NCBI GenBank assembly: GCA_963825795.1
Contig: CAWGVD010000046.1
Location: forward strand, 91,329 to 155,328
DNA: 64,000 nucleotides
From: an uncultured Actinomycetes bacterium
GTDB taxonomy: Bacteria; Actinomycetota; Thermoleophilia; Gaiellales; Gaiellaceae
Reading direction: 5' to 3'
Shown here: piece after piece, positions 1-9,528 of the stretch
Layout of the letters: each line of letters begins with the position of its first letter
Numbering within the stretch: the stretch's first letter is position 1
Position numbers and translations under genes: made by a program
Notes under the pieces: generated by a model
The model's database searches: none
Seen by the model: the letters and a program-made list of their open reading frames with translations, nothing else
Told to the model about the DNA's origin: nothing

Positions 1-665
1 CCCGGTTCGACGAGGGCGACGCGGTGCGCGTGCTCGGCCGGGTCGACCGCTTCCGCGACCGGCTGCAGCTCGAGATCCGCTCGCTCGAGCCGGTCGAGGA
101 TCTCGATCCGGAGACGCTCGCGCCCGCCCTGCGCCGCGACGGAGACGAGCTCGAGGGCTTTCTCGAGTTCCTCGCGGGCGAGATCTCGCACCCCGGGCTG
201 AAGGCGGCCGTCGGACGCTTCGTCGGCGACGACGCGCTGCGGGGTCGGCTGCGCGCACTGCCCGCGACCGTCGACGGCCATCACAGCTACGCGGGCGGGC
301 TGCTCGAGCACACGGTCGGCGTCTCGACGATCTGCCGCGAGGTGGCGCAGCTCCATCCCAGGCTGCGCGCCGACCTGCTCCTCGCCGCGGCGCTCCTCCA
401 CGACGTCGGCCGGACGGCCGAGCTGACGCGCGGGCCTGTCTTCAAGCCGACCGAGGAGGGCCGCCTACTCGGCCACGTCCATCTGGGCCTGCGCCTGATC
501 GAGGAGCGCGCCGCGCCGCTCGAGGCCGGAGTTCGCGCCGAGCTCCTGCACGCGGTCGGCTCGCACCACGACGCGCGCGCCGCGCGCACGGCCGAGGCCT
601 CGGTGCTCTACCACGCGAACCAGCTCGACGCGGTCGCAGCGACGCGACCCGTGCCCGAGGGCTAG
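1..665 (+). CDS. HD-domain phosphohydrolase (YhaM-like 3'-5' exoribonuclease family), 5' end outside window
   Basis: ORF 24..665. Conserved HD-domain motif (LLHDVGR) plus downstream His pair. N-terminal region resembles the OB-fold/HD architecture. The frame is open to the window start. Confidence 0.55.
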   Translation, partial: RFDEGDAVRVLGRVDRFRDRLQLEIRSLEPVEDLDPETLAPALRRDGDELEGFLEFLAGEISHPGLKAAVGRFVGDDALRGRLRALPATVDGHHSYAGGLLEHTVGVSTICREVAQLHPRLRADLLLAAALLHDVGRTAELTRGPVFKPTEEGRLLGHVHLGLRLIEERAAPLEAGVRAELLHAVGSHHDARAARTAEASVLYHANQLDAVAATRPVPEG

Positions 666-1036
666 TCGAGCTCGGCGACGAGGCCGGCGATCCGGTCGCG
701 GATCTGGCGCACGACCTCGATCGGCATCCCGGCCGGGTCCTGAAGGTTCCAGTCGAGGTAGCGCTTGCCGGGCAGCACCGGGCAGGCGTCGCCGCAACCC
801 ATGGTCACCACCAGATCGGCCCATTCGACGTCCTCGTCCGACAGTTGGTGCGGGACGCGGCCCTCGAGGTCGATCCCGAGCTCGCGCATCGCCTCGACCA
901 CCTCGGGATGAAGGTGAGCCTCTGCGTGCGAGCCGGCCGACCGCACCTCGAGCCCCGCCCGCTCCGCGAACGCCTGGGCCATCTGCGAGCGGCCCGCGTT
1001 CCCGATGCAGACGAAGAGGACCTTCTCAGCGGGCAA
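662..1036 (-). CDS. arsC: arsenate reductase, LMW-PTP (thioredoxin-coupled) type
   Basis: 124 aa. CIGNAGRSQMA P-loop of the low-molecular-weight phosphatase/ArsC family. Overlaps the arsR 3' end by 11 nt (operon). Confidence 0.8.
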   Translation of the reverse strand: MPAEKVLFVCIGNAGRSQMAQAFAERAGLEVRSAGSHAEAHLHPEVVEAMRELGIDLEGRVPHQLSDEDVEWADLVVTMGCGDACPVLPGKRYLDWNLQDPAGMPIEVVRQIRDRIAGLVAELD

Positions 1037-1403
1037 CCGTGGCCTCGGCCGTAGCGAGCACGAGCTCGGGCTGCGGCGAGCCTCCGAGCGCGAACGCGAG
1101 CGCTTCGACCGCCTCGGGCACGAGCCGGTAGAACGAGAACGTCTTCCGCTTCCGGGAGACCTCGATCAGGCCGGCCTCCCGCAGCACCTTGAGATGGTGC
1201 GAGATCGTTGGCTGTGAGAGCCCGAGCGAGCTGAACTCGCACACGCAGGCCTCGTCGCGGGATGCGAGACGGTTGACGATCGCGAGCCGCGTCGGGTCGG
1301 CGAGCGCCTTGAAGCGCGCCGAGAGGCTCTCGAACTCCTTCGGCTTCAGCGGCGGCGCCCCGGGCGCGCAACAGGTGATCGTCGCGAGCTTCTTCATTGA
1401 CAA
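1026..1403 (-). CDS. arsR: ArsR/SmtB-family metal(loid)-sensing transcriptional repressor
   Basis: 125 aa. wHTH motifs LADPTRLAIV and SQPTISHHLKVL. CVC metal-binding motif in helix 3 plus an N-terminal CC pair (CadC-like). TTG start at 1403, or ATG at 1397. Confidence 0.8.
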   Translation of the reverse strand: MSMKKLATITCCAPGAPPLKPKEFESLSARFKALADPTRLAIVNRLASRDEACVCEFSSLGLSQPTISHHLKVLREAGLIEVSRKRKTFSFYRLVPEAVEALAFALGGSPQPELVLATAEATVAR

Positions 1404-1433
1404 GCATCAATGTAACAGCTAGACGTTACATCG
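1397..1433. promoter_or_regulatory. divergent promoter region with perfect inverted-repeat operator TGTAAC-N8-GTTACA (1411..1430)
   Basis: Plus strand has TTGACA (1397..1402), a 17-nt spacer, then TAGACG, upstream of the small Cys-rich ORF. Minus strand has TTGTCG, 17 nt, then TACATT immediately upstream of the arsR start (leaderless-like). The palindrome overlaps both -10 regions. Confidence 0.5.
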
Positions 1434-1458
1434 ACAATCATCGATGGAAGGAGGCGTC

Positions 1459-1512
1459 ATGACGAGCTGTAACTGCGACTGCGGCCCGGACTGCGACTGC
1501 GACTGCTGCTAG
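1459..1512 (+). CDS. 17-aa Cys-rich peptide MTSCNCDCGPDCDCDCC (mini-metallothionein-like), divergent from arsR
   Basis: Not in the ORF track (<60 aa). ATG at 1459 is preceded by GGAAGGAGG (1446..1454). Eight Cys in CxC repeats. Coding DNA is a (GACTGC)n hexanucleotide repeat. Ends at a CTAG shared with the ychF stop on the other strand. Confidence 0.45.
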   Translation: MTSCNCDCGPDCDCDCC

Positions 1513-2430
1513 ACGTTGAAGCGGATGTTGAGGATGTCTCCGTCGGCGACGACGTAGTCCTTTCCCTCCAGCCGCTGTTGGCCGCGGCGGGCGGCCTCGG
1601 CGCGACTCCCCGCCTCGACGAGGTCGCGCCACGCAATCACCTCGCAGCGGATGAACCCGCGCGCGATGTCTGTGTGGATCGTCGCCCCCGCATCGAACGC
1701 GGTGAGGCCCTGCCCGAGCGTCCAGGCCCGCGTCTCCTTGTCCCCGCCCGTGAAGAACGTGAGCAGGCCGGCCGTCTCGAACAGGTTCGCGAGCACGCGC
1801 TCGAAGCCCGCAGGCCCGTCGCGGAACTCCGCCGCCTCCTCGGGCGAGAGCTCGGCCAGCTCGGCCTCCAGCTTGAGGTCGATGCCGCCGTCGCCGTTGA
1901 CGACCTGGACGACCGGCTTCGTCGTCAGCGGCGCGAGCTCCGGCGGGAGCTCCCGCTCGTAGGCGCTCAGCGGCCCGCCCGCCTCGACGTGCGCGAGGAT
2001 GCGCTCCAGCTCTGTCGACCTCGTCGCGTACGCGCGGGTCGCCGCCCTTCGCCATCGTCCGCACCCGCTCGAGGCGCTTCTCGACGTGGTCGCGGTCGGC
2101 GACGACGAGCTCGAGCCCGATCGTCTCGAGGTCGTGCGCAGGATCCGCGTCCGAACCGAAGCCGCGCAGCACTGCGAGCAGCGCGTCGGCCTTCCGCAGC
2201 TCCCCGAGAACGGCCGCGCTCAGACCGGGAGGGTCGACGAGCTTGACCGTGGCCGGCGTCGTCTTGGCCGAGCCCTCGACCTCGGCGATCGGCTCGAGCC
2301 GCTCGTCCGGAATCGGCGCGACGCCGACGTGCTCCTGCCCGTACGCGGTCTGCGAGACGCCCGTCAGGGCAGTGAAGAGCGTCGTCTTACCGGCCCCGGG
2401 CAGGCCGACGATCCCGACATCGAGCGGCAT
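1509..2430 (-). CDS. ychF: YchF/Obg-family GTPase, frameshifted and motif-degenerate (possible pseudogene or assembly error)
   Basis: N-terminal frame (2430 down to about 2010) has a Walker A motif (GLPGAGKTT) and the AKGGD region. The middle and C-terminus (TELERIL...LTTKPVVQVVN... to GFIRCEVI...GKDYVVADGDILNIRFNV) are in a different frame, ending at 1509. The FCTIEPN and GLGN motifs are missing. Confidence 0.5.
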
Positions 2431-2443
2431 CGCCGAGACGGTA

Positions 2444-3016
2444 CTACGGGCGGACGAGCTCTCTCTCGAGGGAAGCGAGCGCGCGGTGCTGGAGCGACTT
2501 CACGGCGCCTTCGGACTTTCCGAGGATCCCAGCCGTCTCGGCGTTCCCGAACCCGAAGAAGAACTTCAGCGTGAGCACCTGGCGCTGTTCGATCGAGAGC
2601 CGGTCGATCAGCTCCATCATCCCGAACTGGGCGATCGAGCCCAGCGCCTCCGCTTCGGCCGACGGCCCCTCGTCCCACTCCGGCACCTCGTCCTCCGCCT
2701 GCACCCTGCGCCCTGCCCGGAAATGGTCGATCGCGAGGTTGTGCGCGATCCGCAAGAGCCACGCGGAGAACGGCGCGGACTGCCAGCGGAAGCGGCCGAT
2801 CGACTCGAGCATCCGCAGAAATGTCTGCGTCGTGAGGTCCTCCGCGTCGTGGCGGTTGCCGACGGTGACGTGCAGGTAGCCGTAGATGCGGTCGAAATGG
2901 AGGAGGTAGAGCTCTTCGAGCGCCTTGCGGTCGCCTTCCTGCGCCCGCGCTACGAGGAAACGCAGGTCGACCGCTGCGCCGTGACCGGTTCTCGTCGCTG
3001 CCCCGTGCACCATCAC
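2444..3016 (-). CDS. ECF-type RNA polymerase sigma-70 family factor
   Basis: 190 aa. Region 2 and region 4 sigma-70 motifs (YLLHFDRIYGYL..., LSIEQRQVLTLKFFFGF...). No cognate anti-sigma gene downstream. Confidence 0.8.
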   Translation of the reverse strand: MMVHGAATRTGHGAAVDLRFLVARAQEGDRKALEELYLLHFDRIYGYLHVTVGNRHDAEDLTTQTFLRMLESIGRFRWQSAPFSAWLLRIAHNLAIDHFRAGRRVQAEDEVPEWDEGPSAEAEALGSIAQFGMMELIDRLSIEQRQVLTLKFFFGFGNAETAGILGKSEGAVKSLQHRALASLERELVRP

Positions 3017-3061
3017 TGAAGGTGGTGCCCGAAGAGGCGCGCCCTGTAACCAGGGACCTAG

Positions 3062-3292
3062 CTAGCCGCCGCTGAAGCCGACGCGGCCTTCGCGCGAATA
3101 CCGCTTCACGTAGACGACTCGCGCGAGCGAGATCGTGTAGCGCCCGTCCTCCGCCTCGATCTGGGCCGTCCCGCCCGAGGAGCCGCCGAGCGACTGCTCG
3201 AGGTCGTCCGCAACCGACGTCTGCACGTGCGCGCTCATCACCTGTCCGCCGTCGAAGCCGATCTCCAGCCGGATCCGGTCCTGGTCAGCCAA
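3062..3292 (-). CDS. DUF3107 family small protein (Actinobacteria-conserved)
   Basis: 76 aa, pattern IRLEIGF...TISLARVVYVKRY.... Confidence 0.5.
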   Translation of the reverse strand: MADQDRIRLEIGFDGGQVMSAHVQTSVADDLEQSLGGSSGGTAQIEAEDGRYTISLARVVYVKRYSREGRVGFSGG

Positions 3293-3689
3293 CGCTCACC
3301 AGCTCTGCGAGAACTCCGTGCACGGACTCAGGATGCACGAAAGCGACCTGCATGCCGAAGAGACCGCGACGCGGGACGTCGTCGATCACGTGCACACCCT
3401 GCCCCGCCAGGTCGGCAAGGCCACGTGGCAGATCGTCGACCGCGTAGGCGACGTGGTGCATCCCGGGGCCGCGTTTGGCGAGGAACTTGCCGACGGGCGT
3501 GTCTTCGCCGAGGGACGCGAGCAGCTCGACGCGGCTCTCACCCAGCCGGACCGCCACGGCCTCGACGCCCTGCGACTCGAGCGTGTCGCGACCCTCGACC
3601 TCTGCGCCGAACAGCCGCTGATAGGTATCGACCGCGTCGTCGAGGTCCTCGACGGCGACTCCCAGATGGTGGATCCCCTTCGCCCGCAC
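3285..3689 (-). CDS. methylmalonyl-CoA epimerase / VOC (glyoxalase) family protein
   Basis: 134 aa. IHHLGVAV and GMHHVAYAVDD motifs of the VOC family. Confidence 0.65.
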   Translation of the reverse strand: MRAKGIHHLGVAVEDLDDAVDTYQRLFGAEVEGRDTLESQGVEAVAVRLGESRVELLASLGEDTPVGKFLAKRGPGMHHVAYAVDDLPRGLADLAGQGVHVIDDVPRRGLFGMQVAFVHPESVHGVLAELVSVG

Positions 3690-3701
3690 GCGAAGAGGAT
3701 G

Positions 3702-5249
3702 CTATCCGTTGACCGGGGTTCTCCCGTCGGGCGCATCCTCGACACGCGCGAGCGGAACGACCCGGCCGACGGTCTCGCTCATGCTCGATTCGGGCTCGAC
3801 GTCGGACAGGAGCGCCATCATCTCGGCGCGGACGAGCGTCTCCTTCTCGAGGAGCGCCTCCGCGAGCCGGTCGAGCGCCGCTCGATGCTTCGTGATCAGT
3901 CGCACGGCCTCGTCGTAGGCGTCGTCGGTCAGACGTGCCTGCTCCTGGTCGCGAACGCGCTTCGTCTCCTCCGAGAGCGCGTAGTTGTCGGCGCGCATCG
4001 TCCGCGAGACGACGCCTTCGGCCATGCCGTACTCGAACACCATCGAGCGCGCGAGCTCGGTCACCTTCTCGAGATCGTTCGCGGCGCCGTTGGTGACGCG
4101 CCCGAACACGACCTGCTCCGCGGCGCGACCGGCGAGCGCGATCTTCATCCAGTCGATGAACTCCTCGCGCGTGTGCAGATAGCGGTCCTCCTCAGGGAGG
4201 TTGAACGTGTAGCCGAGCGCCTGTCCGCGCGGGACGATCGTCGCCTTCTGCACGGGGAAGCTCTGGCCCATCAGGTGCGACATGAGCGCGTGGCCGCCCT
4301 CGTGGTAGGCGAGGATCCGCTTCTCCTTCTCGGTCATGACGCGGCGCTGCTGGAGGCCGGCGATGACGCGCTCCATCGCGTTCTCGAAGTTCACGTGGTG
4401 GATGCGCTCCTGGCTCTCGCGGCCCGCGAAGATCGCCGCCTCGTTCGCGATGTTGGCGAGGTCGGCGCCGGTCAGGCCCGCGGTCTGGCGCGCGACCGCG
4501 GTCAGGTCGACGTCCGAGTCGAGCGGCTTCCCGCGCGTGTGCACCTCCAGGATCGCCTCACGACCTGCGAGATCGGGCGGCGAGACGAGGATCTGCCGGT
4601 CGAAACGCCCGGGACGGAGAAGAGCCGGGTCGAGATCCTGGAGTCGGTTCGAAGCGGCCATCACGATCACCTGGTCGCGGTTGTTGAAGCCGTCGAGCTC
4701 GACGAGCAGCTGGTTCAGTGTCTGATCCTGCTCGCGGTTGAAGCCGTGATTACTGCGGGCGGCGCCGACCGCGTCGAGCTCGTCGATGAACACGATCGCG
4801 GGCGCATCCTTGCGCGCCTGCTCGAAGAGCTTGCGGATGCGGGCTGCGCCGAGCCCGGCGAACATCTCGACGAAGGCCGAGGCGCTCTGCGAGTAGAAGC
4901 TCGCGCCGGACTCGCGGGCGACCGCCTTGGCGAGGAGCGTCTTCCCGGTCCCCGGCGGCCCGTGGAGCAGAATTCCCTTCGGCACGCGCGCGCCGAGCTT
5001 CGCGAAGCGCTTCGAGTCGCGCAGAAAGTCGACGATCTCCTCCATCTCGTCGCGCGCCTCCTCGAGCCCGGCGACCTCGTCCCACGAGACCGACGACTTG
5101 GAGGTCGGGTTGACCGACTTCGTCTTGACGCGCGGCATCACCTGCACCGTGCGCCACAGCAGGTAGATGATCATCCCGACCATCACGACCGGCAGCCAGA
5201 CCAGCGCAACAGCACCGATCGCGCTCAAGAGATGACCGATGTCCGGCAT
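3702..5249 (-). CDS. ftsH: ATP-dependent zinc metalloprotease FtsH (short form, single TM, no periplasmic domain)
   Basis: 515 aa. Walker A (GPPGTGKT) and second region of homology (AAA+ module), plus HEGGHAL zinc motif (M41 peptidase). One N-terminal TM helix. Confidence 0.85.
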   Translation of the reverse strand: MPDIGHLLSAIGAVALVWLPVVMVGMIIYLLWRTVQVMPRVKTKSVNPTSKSSVSWDEVAGLEEARDEMEEIVDFLRDSKRFAKLGARVPKGILLHGPPGTGKTLLAKAVARESGASFYSQSASAFVEMFAGLGAARIRKLFEQARKDAPAIVFIDELDAVGAARSNHGFNREQDQTLNQLLVELDGFNNRDQVIVMAASNRLQDLDPALLRPGRFDRQILVSPPDLAGREAILEVHTRGKPLDSDVDLTAVARQTAGLTGADLANIANEAAIFAGRESQERIHHVNFENAMERVIAGLQQRRVMTEKEKRILAYHEGGHALMSHLMGQSFPVQKATIVPRGQALGYTFNLPEEDRYLHTREEFIDWMKIALAGRAAEQVVFGRVTNGAANDLEKVTELARSMVFEYGMAEGVVSRTMRADNYALSEETKRVRDQEQARLTDDAYDEAVRLITKHRAALDRLAEALLEKETLVRAEMMALLSDVEPESSMSETVGRVVPLARVEDAPDGRTPVNG

Positions 5250-5254
5250 GCGGG

Positions 5255-6364
5255 TTGCTCATCGGCATCGAAGCGGAGGACCTGAAGCGCGGGACTAGAC
5301 TCGGTCCGATGCGCGAGCTGCCCGTGCCCGACTTCCACCGGCCGGAGCGGGTGGGAGAGGTGTGGCGCGTGCCGTACGAGCAGCGCGCCCGAGACGCTCG
5401 GCTCTGGGTCGAGGAGCACGGGATTCGGCCCGCTGCAAACGATGAGCTCCGGATCTGCCTCCTCGCCGTCGACGTTCAGAACACGTTCTGCATCCCGGGC
5501 TTCGAGCTCTTCGTCGGCGGCCGGTCGGGAACGGGCGCGGTCGACGACAACCGGCGGCTCTGCGAGTTCGTCTACCGCAACCTCGGCGTGATCACGCAGA
5601 TCGTCCCCAGCCTCGATACGCATCGGGCGATGCAGATCTTCCACGCGGTCTGGCTCGTCGACGCCGACGGGAACCATCCGGAGCCGTACACGCTCATCTC
5701 GGCGGAGGACGTCGAGTCGGGCCGCTGGCGCGTCAACCCGGCCGTGTGCGCGAGTCTCGGAATCGATCGCGACTACGCGGAGCGGCAGCTCGCGCACTAC
5801 ACGCGCACGCTGGCCGAGGGCGGGAAGTACGAGCTCACGATCTGGCCGTACCACGCGCTGCTGGGCGGGATCGGGCACGCGCTCGTCTCGGCGGTCGAGG
5901 AGGCGTTCTTCTTCCACGGCGCGGCTCGTGAGACGCAGCCGTCTTTCCAGGTCAAGGGCGAGGAGACGTTGACCGAGCATTACTCGATCCTCGGCCCGGA
6001 GGTGACCATCGGCCCCGACGGCGAGGAGCTCGGCCGGCGCAACGAGCAGCTGATCGAGGAACTGCTCGGCTACGACGCGGTCGTCGTCGCGGGCCAGGCG
6101 AAGAGCCACTGCGTCGCCTGGACGATCGACGACCTGCTCGCGGGCGACGGCGAGGCACGGCAGCTCGCAGAGCGTGTCTACCTGCTCGAGGACTGCACGT
6201 CGCCGGTGGTCGTCCCGGGCGCGGTCGACTACACGGACGAGGCGGACGCGGCGTTCGAGCGCTTCGCCGCGGCCGGGATGCACGTCGTCCGCTCGACCGA
6301 CGCCGCTCGCAGAGTGGCCGGGCATCGGCACGAGCGGCATCGTCGCCGAAGCCGTTCGAGCTGA
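5255..6364 (+). CDS. isochorismatase-family cysteine hydrolase, nicotinamidase (PncA)-like
   Basis: The catalytic Asp region ([13 protein letters not shown]) and the catalytic Cys region ([14 protein letters not shown]) are present. Convergent with the NAPRTase gene, suggesting NAD salvage. True start may be at MRELPVP (about 5309). Confidence 0.5.
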   Translation: MLIGIEAEDLKRGTRLGPMRELPVPDFHRPERVGEVWRVPYEQRARDARLWVEEHGIRPAANDELRICLLAVDVQNTFCIPGFELFVGGRSGTGAVDDNRRLCEFVYRNLGVITQIVPSLDTHRAMQIFHAVWLVDADGNHPEPYTLISAEDVESGRWRVNPAVCASLGIDRDYAERQLAHYTRTLAEGGKYELTIWPYHALLGGIGHALVSAVEEAFFFHGAARETQPSFQVKGEETLTEHYSILGPEVTIGPDGEELGRRNEQLIEELLGYDAVVVAGQAKSHCVAWTIDDLLAGDGEARQLAERVYLLEDCTSPVVVPGAVDYTDEADAAFERFAAAGMHVVRSTDAARRVAGHRHERHRRRSRSS

Positions 6365-7441
6365 CGAGGCTCGAGCCAGCTCGTTCGACCGGAACGGCCG
6401 GCCGACCTTCGCGGACGGGCGGCCGTCGGTCATCACGACGTCGGCCGTGAAGTCGTTCTGCCCGCGGATCAGCGACGAGCCGACGCCGTACGCGTCGACC
6501 GGCACGCCCGCCTGCTCGAACTCCTCGATCTTCTCGACCGTGAACCCGCCCGAGGCGACGATCTTCACGTGCTCGAAACCGTCCGCGTCGAGCGCGTCGC
6601 GCACCTTGCGCACGAGCCGCGCGTTGACCCCGGTCGGGCGGAAGTCGCCCATCTCGTTCAGGAGCGACCTGTCGACGAGGTTCTCCGACGTGTCGAGGCG
6701 CACGCCCCAGAGCCGCGGCCCGAGCGCACGCGCGACGTCGAGCGCCGTCTCGACCGAGTCGTTCTCGAAGTCGACGAGCACGGTCACGTTCAGGTCCTCG
6801 GGCGCCCAGTCCGCGAACTTCGTCGCCGCGAGCACCGTGTTGCCTCCGTACGCCGCGATCAGCGAGTGCGGAACCGTGCCGACGCCCTTGCCGCCCCACC
6901 AGGACGCCTGCTCGTCCGTGGTCACGCCGATCGGCGCACCGACGATCTGGCCCGCGACGTAGGCCGCGTAGCCGTCTCCGGTCTGGACGCGGTGATGATC
7001 GTGGCGCGCGGGCATGAAGATGATCTGCTTGCCCCGCGCGGCCTCGAGCACGCGGACGACGTTCGACGTGATCAGCGTCCTGCGCGCGAGCACCCCGAGG
7101 TACACGGTCTCGAGATGCGCGAAGAGCGTGTAGTCGCCCTCGATGTGCAGCACCGGCTCGAACGGCTCGATCCGGTCGCCGTCGTAGAGCGCGTGGACGG
7201 TCAGCTGCTCCCAGTCGTGCGAGCAGAGCTTGAGGATCGCGATCGCCTCGTCCATTCCGCCGAGGTACGAGCTGTTCTTCTGGAAGACCTGCATCACGAC
7301 ACGCGGATGTCGGCCGTCCTCGAGCAGCGCGTCGCGCGCGTGGTTGAAGTAGGCGTCGGTGTAGTAGCCGGCCCGCATCTTCTCGACCGGCAGGTCGAAG
7401 ACCTCGGGCTCGAGGCGCTCCCGCTTAGTTTCGGTGACCAT
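6365..7441 (-). CDS. pncB: nicotinate phosphoribosyltransferase (archaeal/Thermoplasma-like NAPRTase type)
   Basis: N-terminus has YYTDAYFNHA; the protein is recognisable to about residue 360. No in-frame stop until 5225, so the 3' end is assigned by homology only. Confidence 0.55.
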
Positions 7442-8211
7442 CCTCGAGCTCGAGGCACGCGGCGAGCGCCGCTTCGGCGACCTCGAGCTGCTCCGGCGTC
7501 GGCTCGGCCGTCGCGAGGCGGTGCTGGAGCTCGTGGCCGGGCTTCGCGAGTGCCTTCGAGAGCGGATGCTCCGGGTTCCGCACCATCCACGAGAAGATCT
7601 CCGTCGCGACCGCGACCGCTGCCAGCGACGCGAGCGCCGCGCGCGGCGAACCGGAACTGACGCGGCGCCCGGGAGGCGAGGACGTTGCCGATCATGAGCG
7701 AGCCGAGGAGCGGGCCGACGAGGTGCGAGCCGCAGCGCTCGTGCTCCTTGTCGCGCGCCTCGCCGTGCTCGTAGGTGCCGATCGCGATGTGCTCGGCGCC
7801 GTGGTAGGCGGCGAGCTCGGAGCTGCGCAGGGCGACCGCAGCCGGAGCGAGCGAGGCGATCGCGGCGACGATCTCTCGCGCGGCCGGGGACAGGCTCTTC
7901 GAGCCGCGGGCGATCTGGGTGACCGCCGCGCCGGCGATCATCGCCGTCAGCACGCGGGGCCGCTCGAACGGGAGCTTCATGCCGGAGAGCCGGCGACGCG
8001 CGCGCGGGAGCAGCGAGATCGCCTCCGCGAGACGGGCCGGCCCGCGAAAGAGCGGGTTCGTGACCTCGGACGCGCGGAAGCGCTTGAGCTCGGCCGCGAC
8101 CTCGAGCCGTCCGTCGGGCAGGCGGATCGCGCAGGCCCAGGAATTCGGGCCGTGCACGAGCACGCCGTTCGTGAGCGCCATCCCGCCGAGTCGGATCGGT
8201 TCTTCGGCCAT
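7294..8211 (-). CDS. DUF1385 (YqhQ-like) membrane-associated protein
   Basis: GGMALTNGVLVHGPNSWACAIRLPDG and YHGAEHIAIGTYEHGE...ERCGSHL match the DUF1385 signature. The C-terminal third does not look conserved. The in-frame stop at 7294 overlaps the pncB 5' end. Confidence 0.45.
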   Translation of the reverse strand: MAEEPIRLGGMALTNGVLVHGPNSWACAIRLPDGRLEVAAELKRFRASEVTNPLFRGPARLAEAISLLPRARRRLSGMKLPFERPRVLTAMIAGAAVTQIARGSKSLSPAAREIVAAIASLAPAAVALRSSELAAYHGAEHIAIGTYEHGEARDKEHERCGSHLVGPLLGSLMIGNVLASRAPRQFRFAARGARVAGSGRGRDGDLLVDGAEPGASALEGTREARPRAPAPPRDGRADAGAARGRRSGARRVPRARGWSPKLSGSASSPRSSTCRSRRCGPATTPTPTSTTRATRCSRTADIRVS

Positions 8212-8228
8212 GTCTCTGAGCGTAGCGG

Positions 8229-9502
8229 CTAGTTCATCGCCCGGGCCGCATACCGCAGGAACTCGACGCCGAGCTCCAGGTCGTCCACGCTGGCCCGCTC
8301 GTTCGCCGAGTGGACGAGCCGCGTTGCGAGCTGCGGATCCATGTAGCGCAGCGGGAAGAAGCCGTACGCGACCGTCCCGAACGCGTCGCGCATCCAGTGG
8401 CTGTCCGTGAAGCCGCTGAGGCAGATCGGTGCGAGCCCCGCCTCGGGCTCCGTCTCGGCCACCCAACCCGCGATCGCATCCCAGAGCGGCCCTTCCATCG
8501 GCGAGCGCGTCCCGCCCTGGCCCTCGAGCCACTCGAGCTCGTAGTCGCCCTCGCCGAGGAGCTCGCGAACGACCTGCTCCGCCTCGGCCTGCGTCTGGCC
8601 GGGGAGCAGCCGGCAGTCGACGGTCACCTCGCAGAGCGCGGGAATGACGTTCCGCTTCTGCGAGGCGGTCGACCATCGTCGGCGAGACGGTCATCCCGAG
8701 CAGCGGCTCGACGAGCTCGACCGCGATCGGATCGACCAGACGCGCGGCCTCGAGCACCTGGTTCGCATCCTCCGGCGGCGCACCGACCGCGGCCTCGAAG
8801 AGCGCGGACACCTCGGGCTCGAGCCGCGGCTCCGGCTTGAACTCGCCGAGGCGCTCGATCAGCTTCGCGGCCTTGACGAGCGCGTTGTCCGCGATCGACG
8901 GCATCGACGCGTGGCCGCTCCGCCCGCGAACGCGGAGCATGAACGGCGAGCTCATCTTCTCGGCCGTCGACGCGAGGTAGAACGGCTTCCCGGCGAGCTC
9001 GATCCGATCGCCGGCGCCCTCGTTGATCGAGTACTCGGCGCGAACGGCGTCCGGATGCTCCCGGCAGAGCCACGCGAGCCCGAAGTCGACGCCGACCTCC
9101 TCGTCGGCGGCCGCGATGAAGATCACGTCGCCCTTCGGCTGGAAGCCCTCGCGCGCGAGCGACGCCATCGCGACCGCGCTCGCGGCCACCTGGCCCTTCA
9201 TGTCGAGCGCGCCGCGTCCCCAGATCTCGCCGTCGCGGAGCTCGCCGGACCACGGATCGAGCTCCCACTCGGCCGGATCCGCGAGCACCGTGTCCGTGTG
9301 CGAGAGGAGCGCGAGCCGCGGCCCGTCGCCGCTGCCCGGGATGCGGGCGACGAGGTTCGCGCGCTCCGGGAACCTTGGCGTACAGCTCGCAGGCGACGCC
9401 GTTCGACTCGAGGTAGCCGCGCAGGTGCTCGGCCGCGCGGGTCTCGTTCCCGGGCGGGTTGACGGTGTCGAGGCGGATCAGCTCCGAGAGGAGCGTCGCC
9501 AC
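8229..9502 (-). CDS. M20-family metallopeptidase (ArgE/DapE/CPG2-like), split over three frames
   Basis: N-terminus LIRLDTVNPPGNE. Then ERANLVARIPGSGDGP...DPAEWELDPWSGE...GRGALDMKG...ADEEVG. C-terminus VDCRLLPGQT.... Frame switches near 9365 (CCGGG run) and near 8640. Confidence 0.6.
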
Positions 9503-9528
9503 CTCGTCGCGGAGCGAGACGGTCGCGC

